From: Pristiophorus japonicus
Taxonomy: Eukaryota
Direction of reading: 5' to 3'
NCBI RefSeq assembly: GCF_044704955.1
Contig: NC_091991.1
Location: forward strand, 36,084,001-36,148,000
Length of the DNA: 64,000 nucleotides
The translations under genes and the position numbers were made by a program. Below, piece after piece: positions 25,201-37,955 of this stretch (positions are counted from its first letter, which is position 1; every line of letters starts with the position of its first letter). Under the pieces are notes generated by a model. That model was not told the DNA's origin. It saw nothing but the letters and a program-made list of their open reading frames with translations, and made no database searches.

Positions 25201-28200
25201 GCTGATACATTGAGCCGGTTACTGTCGCCCACACCGGAGATGGAAACGCCAATGCCCGCAGAGCTACTCTTGGTCATGGATGCCTTTGAGAGTGAAGGGT
25301 CGCCTGTCACTGCTCAACAAGTTAAGACCTGGACCAGCCAGGATCCGATCCTATCGGTTGTAAAATGTTGTGTTCTTAACGGGGACTGGTCGACCATCCC
25401 CAAGGAAATGGGTGATGAAACCAAACCTTACAACCGTCACAAAGATGAGCTCTCCATCCAGTCCGACTGTTTACTGTGGGGTAATCGTGTTGTAATGCCC
25501 AAGAAATGCAGGGCGAGATTTGTACGCGAGTTACATAGTATGCATCCCGTTATTGTCATGATGAAGGCCATCACCAGGTCCCATGTTTGGTGGCCTGGCA
25601 TTGACTCGGACTTAGATTCATGCGTGCATCAGTGCAGCACTTGCATGCAGTTAAGCAATGCCCCAAAGGAAGTTCCGCTCAGTCTGTGGTCATGGCCATC
25701 CAAACCGTGGTCTAGAATCCACATCGATTTTGCGGGCCCCTTACTCGGTAAAATGTTTTTTGTGGTGGTAGATGCATACTCCAAATGGATAGTGTTATGT
25801 ATGCAACCCTATGAAACCAGCATTCTACCGACACCAGTGGGCGTATCTGTTGGAGTCGAGCACTGTATATAAGCAGGCCTCCGATGCTGTACCAGTACTC
25901 TGGAGTTAGAATAGAGAGACTAAGGTCAAACTTACTCACGTCTACAGTACTCAATCACGTTACTTTATTCGGGACATAACAACTGGCAACAAGATAACGA
26001 ACCATCACGCGAAAATGCAGAGAACTGTTGGTATCCTGGAGAAATTCTCAGAAGGGGACAATTGGGAGGCCTTCATGGAGTGACTCGACCAATACTTCGT
26101 GGCCAATGACCTGGAAGGGAGTATGAACGCTACCAAACAAAGGGCGATTCTCCTCACCATCTGCAGGGTAACAACCTATGGCCTCATGAAGAATCTTCTT
26201 GCTCCGTTGAAAGCAACAACCAAATTGTATGAAGAACTGTGTACGCTGGTGCGGGAGCACGTAAATCCGAAGGAAAGCGTTCTGATGACAAGGTATCGAT
26301 TTTATGCATGTCAACGGTCTGAAGGCCAGGAAGTGGCGAGTTACGTCGCCGAACTAAGGCGCCTTGCAGATTATTGCGAATTTGATGGATTCCTGGAGCA
26401 AATGCTAAGAGACCTTTTTGTGCTTGACATTGGCCATGAGGTTATCCTTCACAAACTGTTGACTTTGAAACACCGAACCTGAGCAAAGCCATAACGATAG
26501 CCAGGCATTTATGTCCACCAGCGATAACACCAAACAAATTTTGCAGCATAAAGATGTTTCAGTATGTACTATAGACAAAGTAATGTCATTTTCAGGCAGG
26601 AATGCATATGGCAGAAAGTGCACGCCTGCAGCTGCACGACCTCAGATGACTCAGCGTCCATCATCAAGCGTTAATGCGAGGCACTTTGACAACTTGTTGG
26701 CGTTGCGGAGGTGATCATCGAGCCCATCAATCCGCTTCGAAAACTATGTGCACAAAGGCTGTGGAACATGGGACACCTCCAGTGAATGTACAGACGAGCT
26801 GCAAACCCTGCAAACCACCACGTTGCAGAGGAAGACCGATCCATGGCGGATCAAACTGAACTAGAGACTCAAACCGAGGAGGCAGAAGTGTAGGTGGTAC
26901 ACACCTTCACCACAAAATGTCCACTGATCATGTTAAAAGTTGAACAGGACGAAATTCCAGTATCCATGGAATTGGACACGTGTGCGAGTCAGTCCATCAT
27001 GAGCAAAAAGGCCTTCAACAGGCTGTGGTACAACAAGGCACACAGGCCCAAGCTGAGCCCCATTCACACCAAGTTGAGAACCTACACCAAAGAGCTGATC
27101 CCTGTAATTGGCAGCGCAGAAGTAAAAGTCTCCTATGATGGAGCAGTGCACGAACTACCACTATGGATTGTACCAGGAGATGGCCCCATACTGTTCGGCA
27201 GAAGCTGGCTGGGAAAAATCCGCTGGAACTGGGACGACATCCGAGCGCTTTCGTCCGTTGACGACGCCTCATGTGCCCAGGTTCTGAGCAAGTTTCCATC
27301 GTTGTTTGAGTCAGGCATTGGAAGTTTCTCGGGGGCGAAGGTGCAGATCCACTTGATTCCCGGTTCACGACCCATCCACCACAAGGCACGGGCGGTGCCA
27401 TATATGATGCGAGAGAAAGTGGAGATCGAGCTAGACAGGCTGCAACGAGAGGGCATCATCGTGCCAGTGGAGTTCAATGAGTGGGCCAGTCCAATTGTTC
27501 CGGTTCTCAAGGACGATGGCACAGTCAGAATTTGTGGGGACTATAAAGTAACGATTAACCGTTTGTCGCTGCAGGAACAGTACCCGTTACCCAAGGCAGA
27601 CGACCTATTTGCGATGCTGGCAGGAGGAAAAACGTTCATCAAGTTGGACCTGACCTCGGCCTACATGAAGCAGGAGCTGGCGGAATCTTCGAAAGGCCTC
27701 ACCTGCATCAACATGCACAAAGGTCTGTTCATCTACAATAGATGCCTGTTTGGGATTCGATCGGCCGTGGCTATTTTTCAAAGGAACATGGAGTCTGCTA
27801 AAGTCAGTTCCGTGCACCGTGGTTTTCCAGGACGACATACTGGTTCCAGGTCGGGACACCATCGAACACTTGCAGAACCTGGAAGAGGTTCTAATCAGCT
27901 AGAACGTGTGAGGCTCAGGTTGAAACGTCGAAGTGTATTTTCCTGGTGCCAGAGGTCGATTTCTTAGGGAGAAGAATCGCGGCAGACGGCATTAGACCCA
28001 CCGACTCCAAGACGAAGGCCATCAAAAACGCACCGAGACCACAGAAAGTGATGGAGCTGCGGTCGTTCCTGGGACTTGTCAATTATTTTGGTAATTTCCT
28101 ACCCGGGTTAAGCACCTTGCTAGAACCTCTACACGTGTTGCTACGCAAGGGAGAAGACTGGGTATGGGGAAATCACAAGAGACAGCTTTTGAGAAAGCCA

Positions 28201-31200
28201 GAAATCTGTTATGTTCCAACAAACTGCTTGTCCTGTATGATCCTTGTAAATGTTTAGCGCTAGCTTGCGATGCGTCTTCGTACGGAGTCGGCTGTGTTAC
28301 AACAAGCAAACAAATCGGGAACATTGCAACCGGTCGTTTATGCATCCACGAGTTTGCCCAAAGTCGAAAGGGCCTACAGCATGATTGAAAAAGAAGCTCT
28401 GGCATGCATTTACGGGGTAAAAAAAATGCATCAGTATCTGTTTGGGCTCAAGTTCGAGTTAGAAACTGACCATAAGCCACTCATATCACTATTCTCAGAG
28501 AGCAAAGGTATCAATACCAATGCCTCTGCTTGCATCCAAATCTGGGCGCTCATGCTGTCAGCATATAACTATGTAATTCGCCACAGGCCAGGCACAGAAA
28601 ATGGCGCTGGCGCCCTCAGTCAGCTACCATTGCCCACCACCGCAGTGGAAATGGCACAGCCTGCAGATTTGCTCTTGGTGATGGATACATTTGAAAATGA
28701 AAAGTCACCCATTACGGCCCGCCAGATCAGGACTTGGACCAGCCAGGATCCTTTACTGTCCCTTGTAAAAAAAAAACTGTGTCCTCCATGGGAGCTGGTC
28801 CAGCATCCCAGCGGAGATGCATGAAGAGATCAAGCCGTTCCAGGGGCGCAAAGACGAAATGTCCATACAGGCGGACTGTCTTTTGTGGGGTAATCGTGTG
28901 GTTTTGCACAAGAAAGGCAGGGAAATGTTCATACACGACCTACACAGTACCCACCCAGGCATAGTAATGATTGAAAGCTATAGCCAGATCCTATGTGTGG
29001 TGGCCCAGCATCGACTCAGATTTGGAGTCTTGCGTTCGCCAATGCAACACTTGCTCTCAACTGATCAATGCACCCAGGGAGGCCCCACTAAGTTTGTGGT
29101 CATGGCCCTCCAAACCGTAGTCTAGGATCTACGTTGACTTCGCTTGCCCATTTCTAGGCAAAATGTTCTTGGTGGTTGTGGATGCTTATTCAAAGTGGAT
29201 TGAGTGTGTAATAATGTCTGTAAGCACGTCCACTGCCACCATCGAAAACCTATAAGCCATGTTTGCCATGCACGGCCTGCCTGATGTCCTTGTCAGCGAC
29301 AATGGGCCGTGCTTCACTAGCGCTGAATTCAAGGAATTCATGACCCGCAATGGGATCAAGCACATCACATCTGCCCCGTTCAAGCCCGCAGCCAACGGCC
29401 AGGCAGAACGGGCAGTCCAAACCATCAAGCAAAGCTTAAAACGCGTGTCGGAAGGTTCCCTGCAGACCTGCCTGTCCCGAGTCCTGCTCAGTACCGCACC
29501 AGACCCCACTCGCTCACCGGGGTTCCCCCAGCCGAGCTGCTCATGAAAAGGGCGCTCAAAACAAGGCTCTCTCTTGTCCACCCTGATCTCCATGATCACA
29601 TCGAGGGCAGGCGGCATCAACAAAGCATGTACCATGATCGTGCAAATTTGTCATGCGATATTGAAGTCAATGATCCTGTATTTGTACTCAACTATGGACA
29701 TGGTCCCAAATGGCTTGCTGGCACTGTCATAGCCAAAGAAGAGAGCAGGATGTTTCAGGTCAAACTCGCAAATGGACTAACTTGCAGAAAGCATTTGGAC
29801 CAAATCAAACTGCGATTCACAGACAGCCATGAGCAACCTGAAGAGGACACCACCAACTTTGACCCTCCGACACATACACAAGTGGCAACTGACATCACAG
29901 TTGACCACGAAGCTGAACTCATCATCCCCAGCAACCCAGCAAGGCCAGCTGCGCAGCAGCCCAGCGAAGAACCAACCAACTCACCTGCACCTGCATTTGT
30001 ACCGAGACGATTGACTAGGGAGTGAAAAGCCCCAGATCGCCTCACCCTGTAAATAAGTGTACTATTGACTTTGAGAGGGAGTGATGTTATGTATGCAACC
30101 CTATGTAACCAGCATTCTATCACCACCAGAGGGCGTATCTGTTGGAGTCCCAAGGGATCCCAGCATCCCTTGGGAGCATTGTATATAAGCTGGCCTCCCA
30201 TGCTGTACCAGTACTGTGGAGTTAGAATAAAGAGACTAAGGTTACACTTACTTATGTCTACAGTATTCAATCACATTACTTTATTCGGGACATAAGAGAT
30301 AGAATGTGTGATCATGTTATCCAGCACTTCCACTGCCACCATTGAGAACCTGAGAGCCGTGTTTGCCACACATAGTCTACCAGACATAGTTGTCAGCGAC
30401 AACGGACCGTGTTTCACGAGTTCAAGAGTTCATGAAACGCAACGGCATAAAATACGTGAGGGCAGCCCCGTTTAAACCCATATCCAATGGTCAAGCGGAG
30501 CGGGTAGTTCAAACCATCAAGCAGAGCCTGAAACGCGTAACTCACGGTTCCTTGCAGACACGCCTGTCATGCATGCTGCTCAGTTACAGGACAAGACCAC
30601 ACATGCTCACCGGGGTCCCACATGCAGAACTCTTGATGAAGAGAGGCCTCAAAACCAGGCTCTCTCTAGTCCATCCTGACCTTAGCGATCATGTCGAAAC
30701 CCGACATCAACGCCAGCAGTGGTATCACGACCGCATCGCCGAGTCACGCGACATATCTGTAAATGACCCAGTGTATGTACTTAACCATGATCAAGGGCCC
30801 AAGTGGCTCCCGGGCAATGTTACGGATAAGGATGGTAACCGGGTGTATATGGTTAAGCTCAAGAATGGGCAGATATTGCAGGAAACCCATTGATCAAATC
30901 AAGCTAAGACACACTGATGAACCGGAACAGTTGGAAGAAGTCACCGTGAGCTTAGACGACCAACCAACTCACGTCCAGCCATCAGAAGAACCCACTGTGG
31001 TTAACGCCCAGCCCCAAGTTGTGAGAGACTCAGAAAGCACTGGGATTGTACTGAGACGGTCAACCAGGGAGCGAAGGGCTCTGGACCATTTGAACTTGTA
31101 ATATGGACTTGTGCCAAGAACTGGGGTGGGGGGGCAAATTATGTAATGTATGTACATAAGGTCTGCTGACCACCAGGGGGCACTACCGTCGGAGGTCCTC

Positions 31201-31348
31201 GGGTCATAGGTACACTCATGCTGGGCCCGGTATATAACCTGAACTTCACCTTTGTATCTTCACTTCTGGAAGCCATTAAAAACTGACCAGGTTACATCTG
31301 GTCTCTGGCTCACAGTACAGAGTTCATTGTATCATTTCATACACTACA
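22291..31348 (+). mobile_element. Gypsy (Mag-like) LTR retrotransposon 2, full length but disrupted
   Basis: 207-bp TG...CA LTRs at 22291-22497 and 31142-31348; GTTTT TSD; degenerate PBS tggcaacgaag; gag, protease ELDTGAS, RT, RNase H (CDASSYGV), integrase interrupted at KWI|ECV. Confidence 0.93.
25793..30297 (+). mobile_element. Gypsy (Mag-like) LTR retrotransposon 3, nested in the integrase of element 2
   Basis: LTRs 25793-25981 and 30085-30297; GATAG TSD (25788-25792 and 30298-30302); gag, protease-RT ORF 26894..27967, RNase H and integrase remnants; PPT gagagggagtga. Confidence 0.93.
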
Positions 31349-33429
31349 GTTTTCTCATCACATTTTCTGTCTCCTGAAATAATCTGACTGATAGAAACTA
31401 CGAATTGAATGTATTTACATTTAATTTACAAAAGCAATGATATTAGGTAAATATTTAGTACAATAAATAGAAATAGTCCTCAAGTAGATTATTTACCTTT
31501 TTCAAACTTCAGAGTTTCTTTGGATATAAATATACAATCCAGCTGAAACTGCTTTAAAATTTTCTTACAATATCTTGGAATGGCAGTTTTTTTTAGAATA
31601 AAATAGATGAGTTTTCTGTTGAGTTAGAAATTTAAGGTAAAGATGTTACGATTAGAATGTGTGAACCCTCAAAGAATTCACCTGCACAACTGTTGCAGAT
31701 GATCCAAAAATCTTGGATTCGTAATGTGTATGAATGGAAAGAAGCTATGTACATTTACCTCTGGAAAATGAAGCTTAGAGCAGGCAATAGAAATTATTGA
31801 AAAGTTAACGAGCAGGGAAAAAAAGCCAAAATTTGGTATTATAAAGCATTGGGTCGACATACAGCATACTCAGAAAAGATGTTTGCAGTTTTGTGACAGC
31901 ACTTTGGTGAAAATATTTCAAATGACACACCATTGATTGACTTTTATCCTAAATGCAACTATTTCTATAGTAAGTAAATGTTTCTCACACATGTGACTCC
32001 TGTGATTGACTGGAGCAGAGACAGAGAGAGCTGCTAGTGTACTAAAAGAAAGGTTATAACAGAGCTGCAGAAATTCAATGCACAACCTTGTGAAACCAAC
32101 TAGTTTGTAGTGAAAAGTAGAAGTGCCTACTCCCCTTCATGATTTTAATTTTATCTGGATGGCCAAGATCTGGATTTTGCATTGGACTCTGATAGGAATG
32201 TACTATAAGAAACACTCCTGATATGTGCAGGGGCAGCTGAAGTGCTGCTCTAAGTTTTTATAACGTGTTCTATAATCATCGTTGCTACATAGCCCTCATT
32301 ATGCTTTTGTGTGCTGCCGTGCATGGCTCCCCCAATGTTGTTATAAGCTAGGGCTGAAGAAGATAGCCTTGATCGTCTAGAAACCATCCTTCAAACTTCT
32401 TCAAACAGCCTATGAACTGAAAATTCTCTTAAGATGAAGGCATCATGACTGCTGCCTGATAAGTGAGCAATGATTTGCATAGTCACCAGAATCAATTCAA
32501 ATTGAAGCTGAGGCACAACTCTGTTACTGCTACACTCCTGAAGCAGAACCTTCAAAGGCAGTTTTCCTCATACATTTCCAAGTAATTGTGTCAGCTGCTT
32601 TGATAAGGACCAACATGAGCAGTCAATCTCTAGTTCAATCAAACCTGCCTCACATCTCTGCTTTTATCCATTTTTTTCCTTGTTATGAGAACAGAGAAAG
32701 AGAGAAATCCCCTTTGGACCCATATCCGGAGATTATATTGTAGCAATAATAAATGTTGCTGATAAAAACTTGGCCAAATGCCTCCAAAAATAATGGCAAA
32801 ATAAAATGGTCACATATCTGTCACAAACCCCAAATTAAAATCTACTTTCATGTTGCTTCACTTTAAACACTGATTTTGTCAGCCTAGAATGTGCCCGACT
32901 CCGATTCTATGTTTTATGCGGGAAATATAAGTATACAATGCATTCCTGCAAAAAAAAAATCAGGGAACCTGTGAATTTCTTATTAAATTGAGACTTTTGA
33001 CTATTTTAGCCAACAGCACTTTAGGCAGCCTAACAGCTCATCAGAGGATAAAGCGTGGCACACGATAGCTGGAGGTTCAACAAGAGTGATCTTCACCCCA
33101 TTTCTCAGCCTGGATAATGACACCATTGGTTATGTGACCAGAAATGTGGTTATGCATTGTATTCCTTTCAGTATCTTGCAGTGTCTTTTTGCTTCTGTAT
33201 ATTACTTCACCCGAATGATTTCAGCAAAAGCCTGAACAGTAACACCAACTTCCCTTCTTTATTCTTCCAGCCCTCCCCAACATTGCTCCCAAACACCATC
33301 TGCTCCTAAGCACTGTCAAAGTCTTCTCAGTGCTCGAAAACACAGTCCCCAGTGCTCCTAGCTCTCTGTCAGTGTTCTGGATTTCAGCATCAGAAACTCT
33401 CTCGTTGACTCCTCTGATGAAGTCTCCCA

Positions 33430-34005
33430 TTGAATCAACAGATGAATCTCAGTTGCTGATGGGAAAAACAAATAATCCTGGACGCACATACATGGCCACA
33501 TGTATTGCACTGAAAGCCAAATGAGGCTGATAGATGAATTGTCTTATGTGTCAGGCACTTGGCAGCCAGATCTCGCAAACTCGCAGCTTCAAATTCATTC
33601 AAACCAACCTGGCAGACATGCTACCACCATGGTATGTCAGTGACTGCATTATCCCAGAGGTTCGGGTTAATATTGCAAAATTTCAACATAGCCTTTATAG
33701 CATTGCTTCTGCCACTTCTATTGCAATATGCAGACTGCAGTCGCAAAAGATTATCTGCATTACTTTTGTTTTTTGCACGCAATCGGTGAAGTTTGAAGAT
33801 GCCATAAGTTTGTGGGGTATTGACTAGATGCGCCTTTCACAGTTTTTGAATGCCTCAAGCAGTACCACAGCAAACAGTATGCTGAAGAGAGTTGGGGTAA
33901 GAACAACCTTGTTTGACATGGTTCGTGACTACCAATGGTGATGGCATGCGACCATGATCTATTACTGAAACCAGAACATCCGAACTTTAGAAGAATTTCC
34001 CCCAG
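33430..34005 (-). mobile_element. Old RTE LINE RT fragment (downstream half, split by the snRNA-derived composite)
   Basis: Minus strand from 34005 reads LGEILLKFGC and later VKQG..PTLFSI, continuing the fragment at 42084-42330; left boundary approximate. Confidence 0.7.
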
Positions 34006-34135
34006 TTTTTTTTTTGTTCATTCTTGTCAGATCAACTCCAGCGCCAAAAATCACTTTGCGCTACTACATTTGATCTTAGCCAAAAGGCCGAGAGGGGAAG
34101 CTGCACCGTTCCTGGAAATACCAGGTTGGTGCGTG
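34006..34135 (-). mobile_element. 3' part of a U2-snRNA-derived tailed element: U2 3' end + U2 5' end (to ~nt 38) + ~45-nt tail + poly(A)
   Basis: Minus sense: cacgcaccaacctggtatttccaggaacggtgca-gcttcccctctcggccttttggctaagatcaaatgtagta-gcgcaaagtgatttttggcgctggagttgatctgacaagaatgaac-A10. Confidence 0.85.
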
Positions 34136-34685
34136 TGTGGATATCTGAACGGAATATATGGAATTAAGGACAGTAAAGTAAACGGGATATATGAAAATGT
34201 ATAAGCCATGGAAGAATAGCTGGGAGAATGTCAGATTGCAAATAGTGCAACATCAGCATAGCTAACAGTCTGTCTCAAGGTTTCAAGTCACTAATCCTGC
34301 CAATAATATATAATTGTAACATGAAATACATCTGCAGAATTGCAAGGTCTCAGTAAATAGTCACACCATTAGATTGAAACATTTGGAGGCAATACTTGAG
34401 CTTTCAAGAAGAACATCTCATATAGATTGACTAATGAGTGGCTGAGTTAGACTGTCAATCCATTTGTATTTTGTTATCTGATTTCAAAACTGTATAACTG
34501 TTAACGCTTTACGATGTAACTTCACCTATCCGTAGGGAGTGTGTACGCTCTATCCAGAGAGTATATCTTCTGTCTGATAGGTCTTACTGGCCGGTAATAA
34601 AGACTGCTTTGTTCAAAGCACAAGAGGTATTCGACTCAGTAATTTTACTGAACCAGATTGAAGTAAAAGAATCCAGGAATTAACA
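34136..34685 (+). repeat. ERV 5' LTR
   Basis: TGTGGATATC...GGAATTAACA, AATAAA near 34595; nearly identical to 41064-41613. Confidence 0.95.
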
Positions 34686-34687
34686 TT

Positions 34688-34705
34688 TGGTGTCAGAAGT
34701 GGGAT
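34688..34705 (+). other. ERV primer-binding site, tRNA-Leu type
   Basis: TGGTGTCAGAAGTGGGAT two nt after the LTR; complementary to the 3' end of tRNA-Leu(CAA), ATCCCACTTCTGACACCA. Confidence 0.85.
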
Positions 34706-35862
34706 CTCAACGGACGACTGCCGAAAACTTGCGAATTAAGAGCCAGACTAGCCTTGGACGAGACGAGGGGAAAATGGCCACTGGAGTGAGTATGATTTCA
34801 ATACTGCTCCAGTTTCCCCCGGTTTCAAAAGTCTGAGGAAAGTTTAGCCACTCGCTGGTTCTCAGGTAGTGTCTGAACGAGATCCAGGACAATCTGGTGA
34901 ATACCTTTCAAACTTAGAATAGGGATAGAGATAGGGAAATTGTGCGATGATGCAAACCAAGCGGCGACTTGGAAAGATAGTTAGAGCTAGATAGGGATAG
35001 ATGATCAATCATGGATCCAAAAAAAATTAATAGGAAAGAAAAGAGACTCTTATGAATTTCTGTTTAAATGAGAAATGCTTCTGTGACTTTTACTGTAAAA
35101 AAAAAAGCCGGGGAGTTGTGGTTTGTTTTATCTCAAACAGAATGAAAGTTTGTTTTAACCCTTCGTAGTGCTGTCCTGTATGTGGGAAGTTTAAGAGTGT
35201 GAACCTTATTGAATTACGTATATTCGGATGATAAGTTGCGGAGCCAGGAAATGCCCAAAGGATAGATTTGTTAAAAAGAGAAAAAATTACATGGTCCCGG
35301 TGGTTTAAAAAAAAAGAAAAACTTGTTGAAAGAAAACATTCAGAGAAGGCACAGTAAAACAACTGAGATGGATTCAAAAGGATTTAAAAAAAATTATATT
35401 AAATAACACGACCTTGAGGCTGGAACAATTGAGATAACGAAAAGCAGTCCACAGCCTACGTGCCAGACTTCTCTCTAGTTATAAAAAAAAAGTAACGTAC
35501 TAAATAGGTGCCGAAAGAAAAAAAAAATGTTCTGAGATTTTAAATTATGAAAAATATAAAATCACTCCTGTCCAATTGGCAGAAAAACTCCATTAAATTA
35601 GGGCTTTCATTGACTGATTGAATTTAAACTGCGCAGTAACGCGAAAGGATCGGGAAATTTGGAGACTAAAAGAAATTAATTGAGGCTCATAAGAAATCAA
35701 AATTAGAAAATTAGGCTCACAGGGAATAAAATGGGGATTTAAATAGAAGATAGGTGTTCAACTCAGGTACGACGTCGACCTTGTATATCACTTGGCCCGT
35801 CTAGGCTCTGATTGAATTTTAAAAAAAAAACCCCCGCAGCAACTCGGAAAGTAGGGCCGAAG

Positions 35863-36410
35863 CGAACGCGCAGTGACGTAAACGCGCAGTGAAGCGAACG
35901 CGCAGTGACGTCAACGCGCAGTGACGTAGACGCGCAGTGACGTAAACGCGCAGTGACGCCGACACGTAGTGACGCAGAGGCGCAGCAACGCGAATCGCGA
36001 AAGTCAGTGCTAATGGCAGTAAGTCTGTAAGTCTTAAAGTGTTTAGAGTTTTAAGTTTAGTTTTAAGATCGCGCGGCTATGCGGACCGTGCGGTGATGCG
36101 GGTAATTTTGTAGATCGTGCGGCTATGCGGACCGTGCGGTGATGCGGGTAAGTGTTAGAAGTCTTTGTCTATTTTGTAGATCGCGCGGCTATGCGGACCG
36201 TGCGGCGATGCGGGTAAGTGTTTGAAGTAAAGTTAAAGTATCTTAACTCGCGCGGCGACGCGAGCCACGGGTCGACGCGGATTGCGCGGCGACGTGAACT
36301 GCGAGGCAACGCGGATTGCGCGGCGACGTGAACTGCGAGGCGACGTGGTAGTTTAGTATTAAGATCGTGCGGCGACGCGGACCGTGCGGTGATGCGGGTA
36401 AGTGTTAGAT
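35863..36410 (+). repeat. CpG-rich tandem repeats in the ERV leader
   Basis: ~15-bp AACGCGCAGTGACGT units at 35863-35990, then repeated AGATCGCGCGGCTATGCGGACCGTGCGGTGATGCGGGTAAGT blocks. Confidence 0.85.
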
Positions 36411-36528
36411 TTGGAGTTAGTTAAAGTCCGTGTTAGTTCTGTAAAGTCTGTGTCTATTTGTAAGTTTGTTTAAATTGCACGACGACACGAACGCGTAGCG
36501 ACACAGTAATACGAGGGGCAGTGTGAAA

Positions 36529-37955
36529 ATGGGAAATCAGTTAGATAAAACCACGGATGCGGGTAGTCCGCTACAAAAGTTATGTGAGGAATTCCCTGAA
36601 AGAGCTGAAGACTTTAGAAAATTATCAGGAGCCCTTAACAAATTATTAGGGGATGACCAGTGACACTAGAAGCGTAGAGGTAAAAAAAAAGCACAGGGAT
36701 TAATTTGGAGAAGGGGACGAGGAAAAGGGGATAAAAAAATTTAATTGCAACCTGGCGACATTATTGTCAGAAATTAAAAGATGCATCACTTCTATCGAGT
36801 TGGCAAACAATGCTATTAAATTAGGACTTGCATTGACAGAGGGAACACATGTTAAAACTGTAGACGTCTTTAAAAAAAAAGAATGAATGTGCGCACGAGA
36901 AACTTGCTAAGAGATCCTCTGGGACCTCTGAGAAAGGTATTGATCAACTACAAGTTAAAATGGCTGGCTTTGTGTTAACCGAGGCTGATGATGAAATTGA
37001 TGAGTGGCCACTGACTCAGCGCCCAACGGCGCCTCCCGCACCCCCTGGCCTCTTGCTCCAGTCCTCTTCCCAACACCCTCCACCTAACACTCCGGTAAAA
37101 AGAGTTAGGAACAACCACATATCACCAAAGCAACAAACCCAAACTGACTCCTCATCCTCTGATAGCGATTCGGATCCCCAGTTTACAAGCAATACAGCCG
37201 AAAGAACCAGATCTCACACTCGAAAGGGCAGAACTATATCTCAACATCACAAACAGTCCTGTAAATCTTCTAGTCAACCTACCAGTCCAAGTTGTGAAAG
37301 ACATAGCAAACACCCCCGCCGATCGAGACGCAGAACTGTCAAGCAGTCAGACAGCTCTGAAACATCCTCCGGCCTGGAAATGATTTCCAAGATCCCAAAG
37401 TCCCGACACCAATTCCCTGTCAGACCAATGCCAAACCCTGATGCACAACAAGCTGCAGACCACCTCTCTATAGATGTCTGTGATCTTCAAACAACTATTT
37501 GATTGCTCACGCTATCCGGACAGATGGAAAGGGCAGTTAAATATTATTGGCAGAAAAAGAAAGGGGAGGGGGGAGGTGCGCCCCCAACCCGGGTCAAGAC
37601 TGAATACGTGACTAGAAAGGAAGAGCCATCTCGGGAGGAAGGATCAATAGAACCGCAGTGTTGCATACAGGATTGGATGGATAAGCAAGGATACGGTTAT
37701 ACTAAACAACCAAACGGCCCGAGCCCTGCTAATAAACCTCCCTATTGTCCCCGGCATGGTATGGGAAGAGGCCGGGACTGGGTAAGAGGAATTGACTGTT
37801 TTAATTGTGGGCAGGAAGGACATTGGAATAAAAATTGCCCCTACCGTCAGCATGGAAAAGGAAGAGGAGGAAGAACAGGGGGGCAAGGGGGGAGAGGAGG
37901 ATCTTACACTAACTTCTCCCAGAACAACCCCTTTGGTCAATTGTCCCCCGATTGA
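36529..37955 (+). pseudogene. gag: ERV gag (disrupted; capsid apparently deleted)
   Basis: Starts MGNQLDK (myristoylation-type MG), PTAP late domain (QRPTAPP), CCHC knuckle CFNCGQEGHWNKNC, TGA at 37953-37955; stops and frameshifts. Confidence 0.75.

Noticed and set aside
35863-36410. Repeat arrays resembling CRISPR repeat-spacer structure
   Set aside because: Units are degenerate tandem repeats without unique constant-length spacers, lie in a vertebrate ERV leader, and no cas genes are present.
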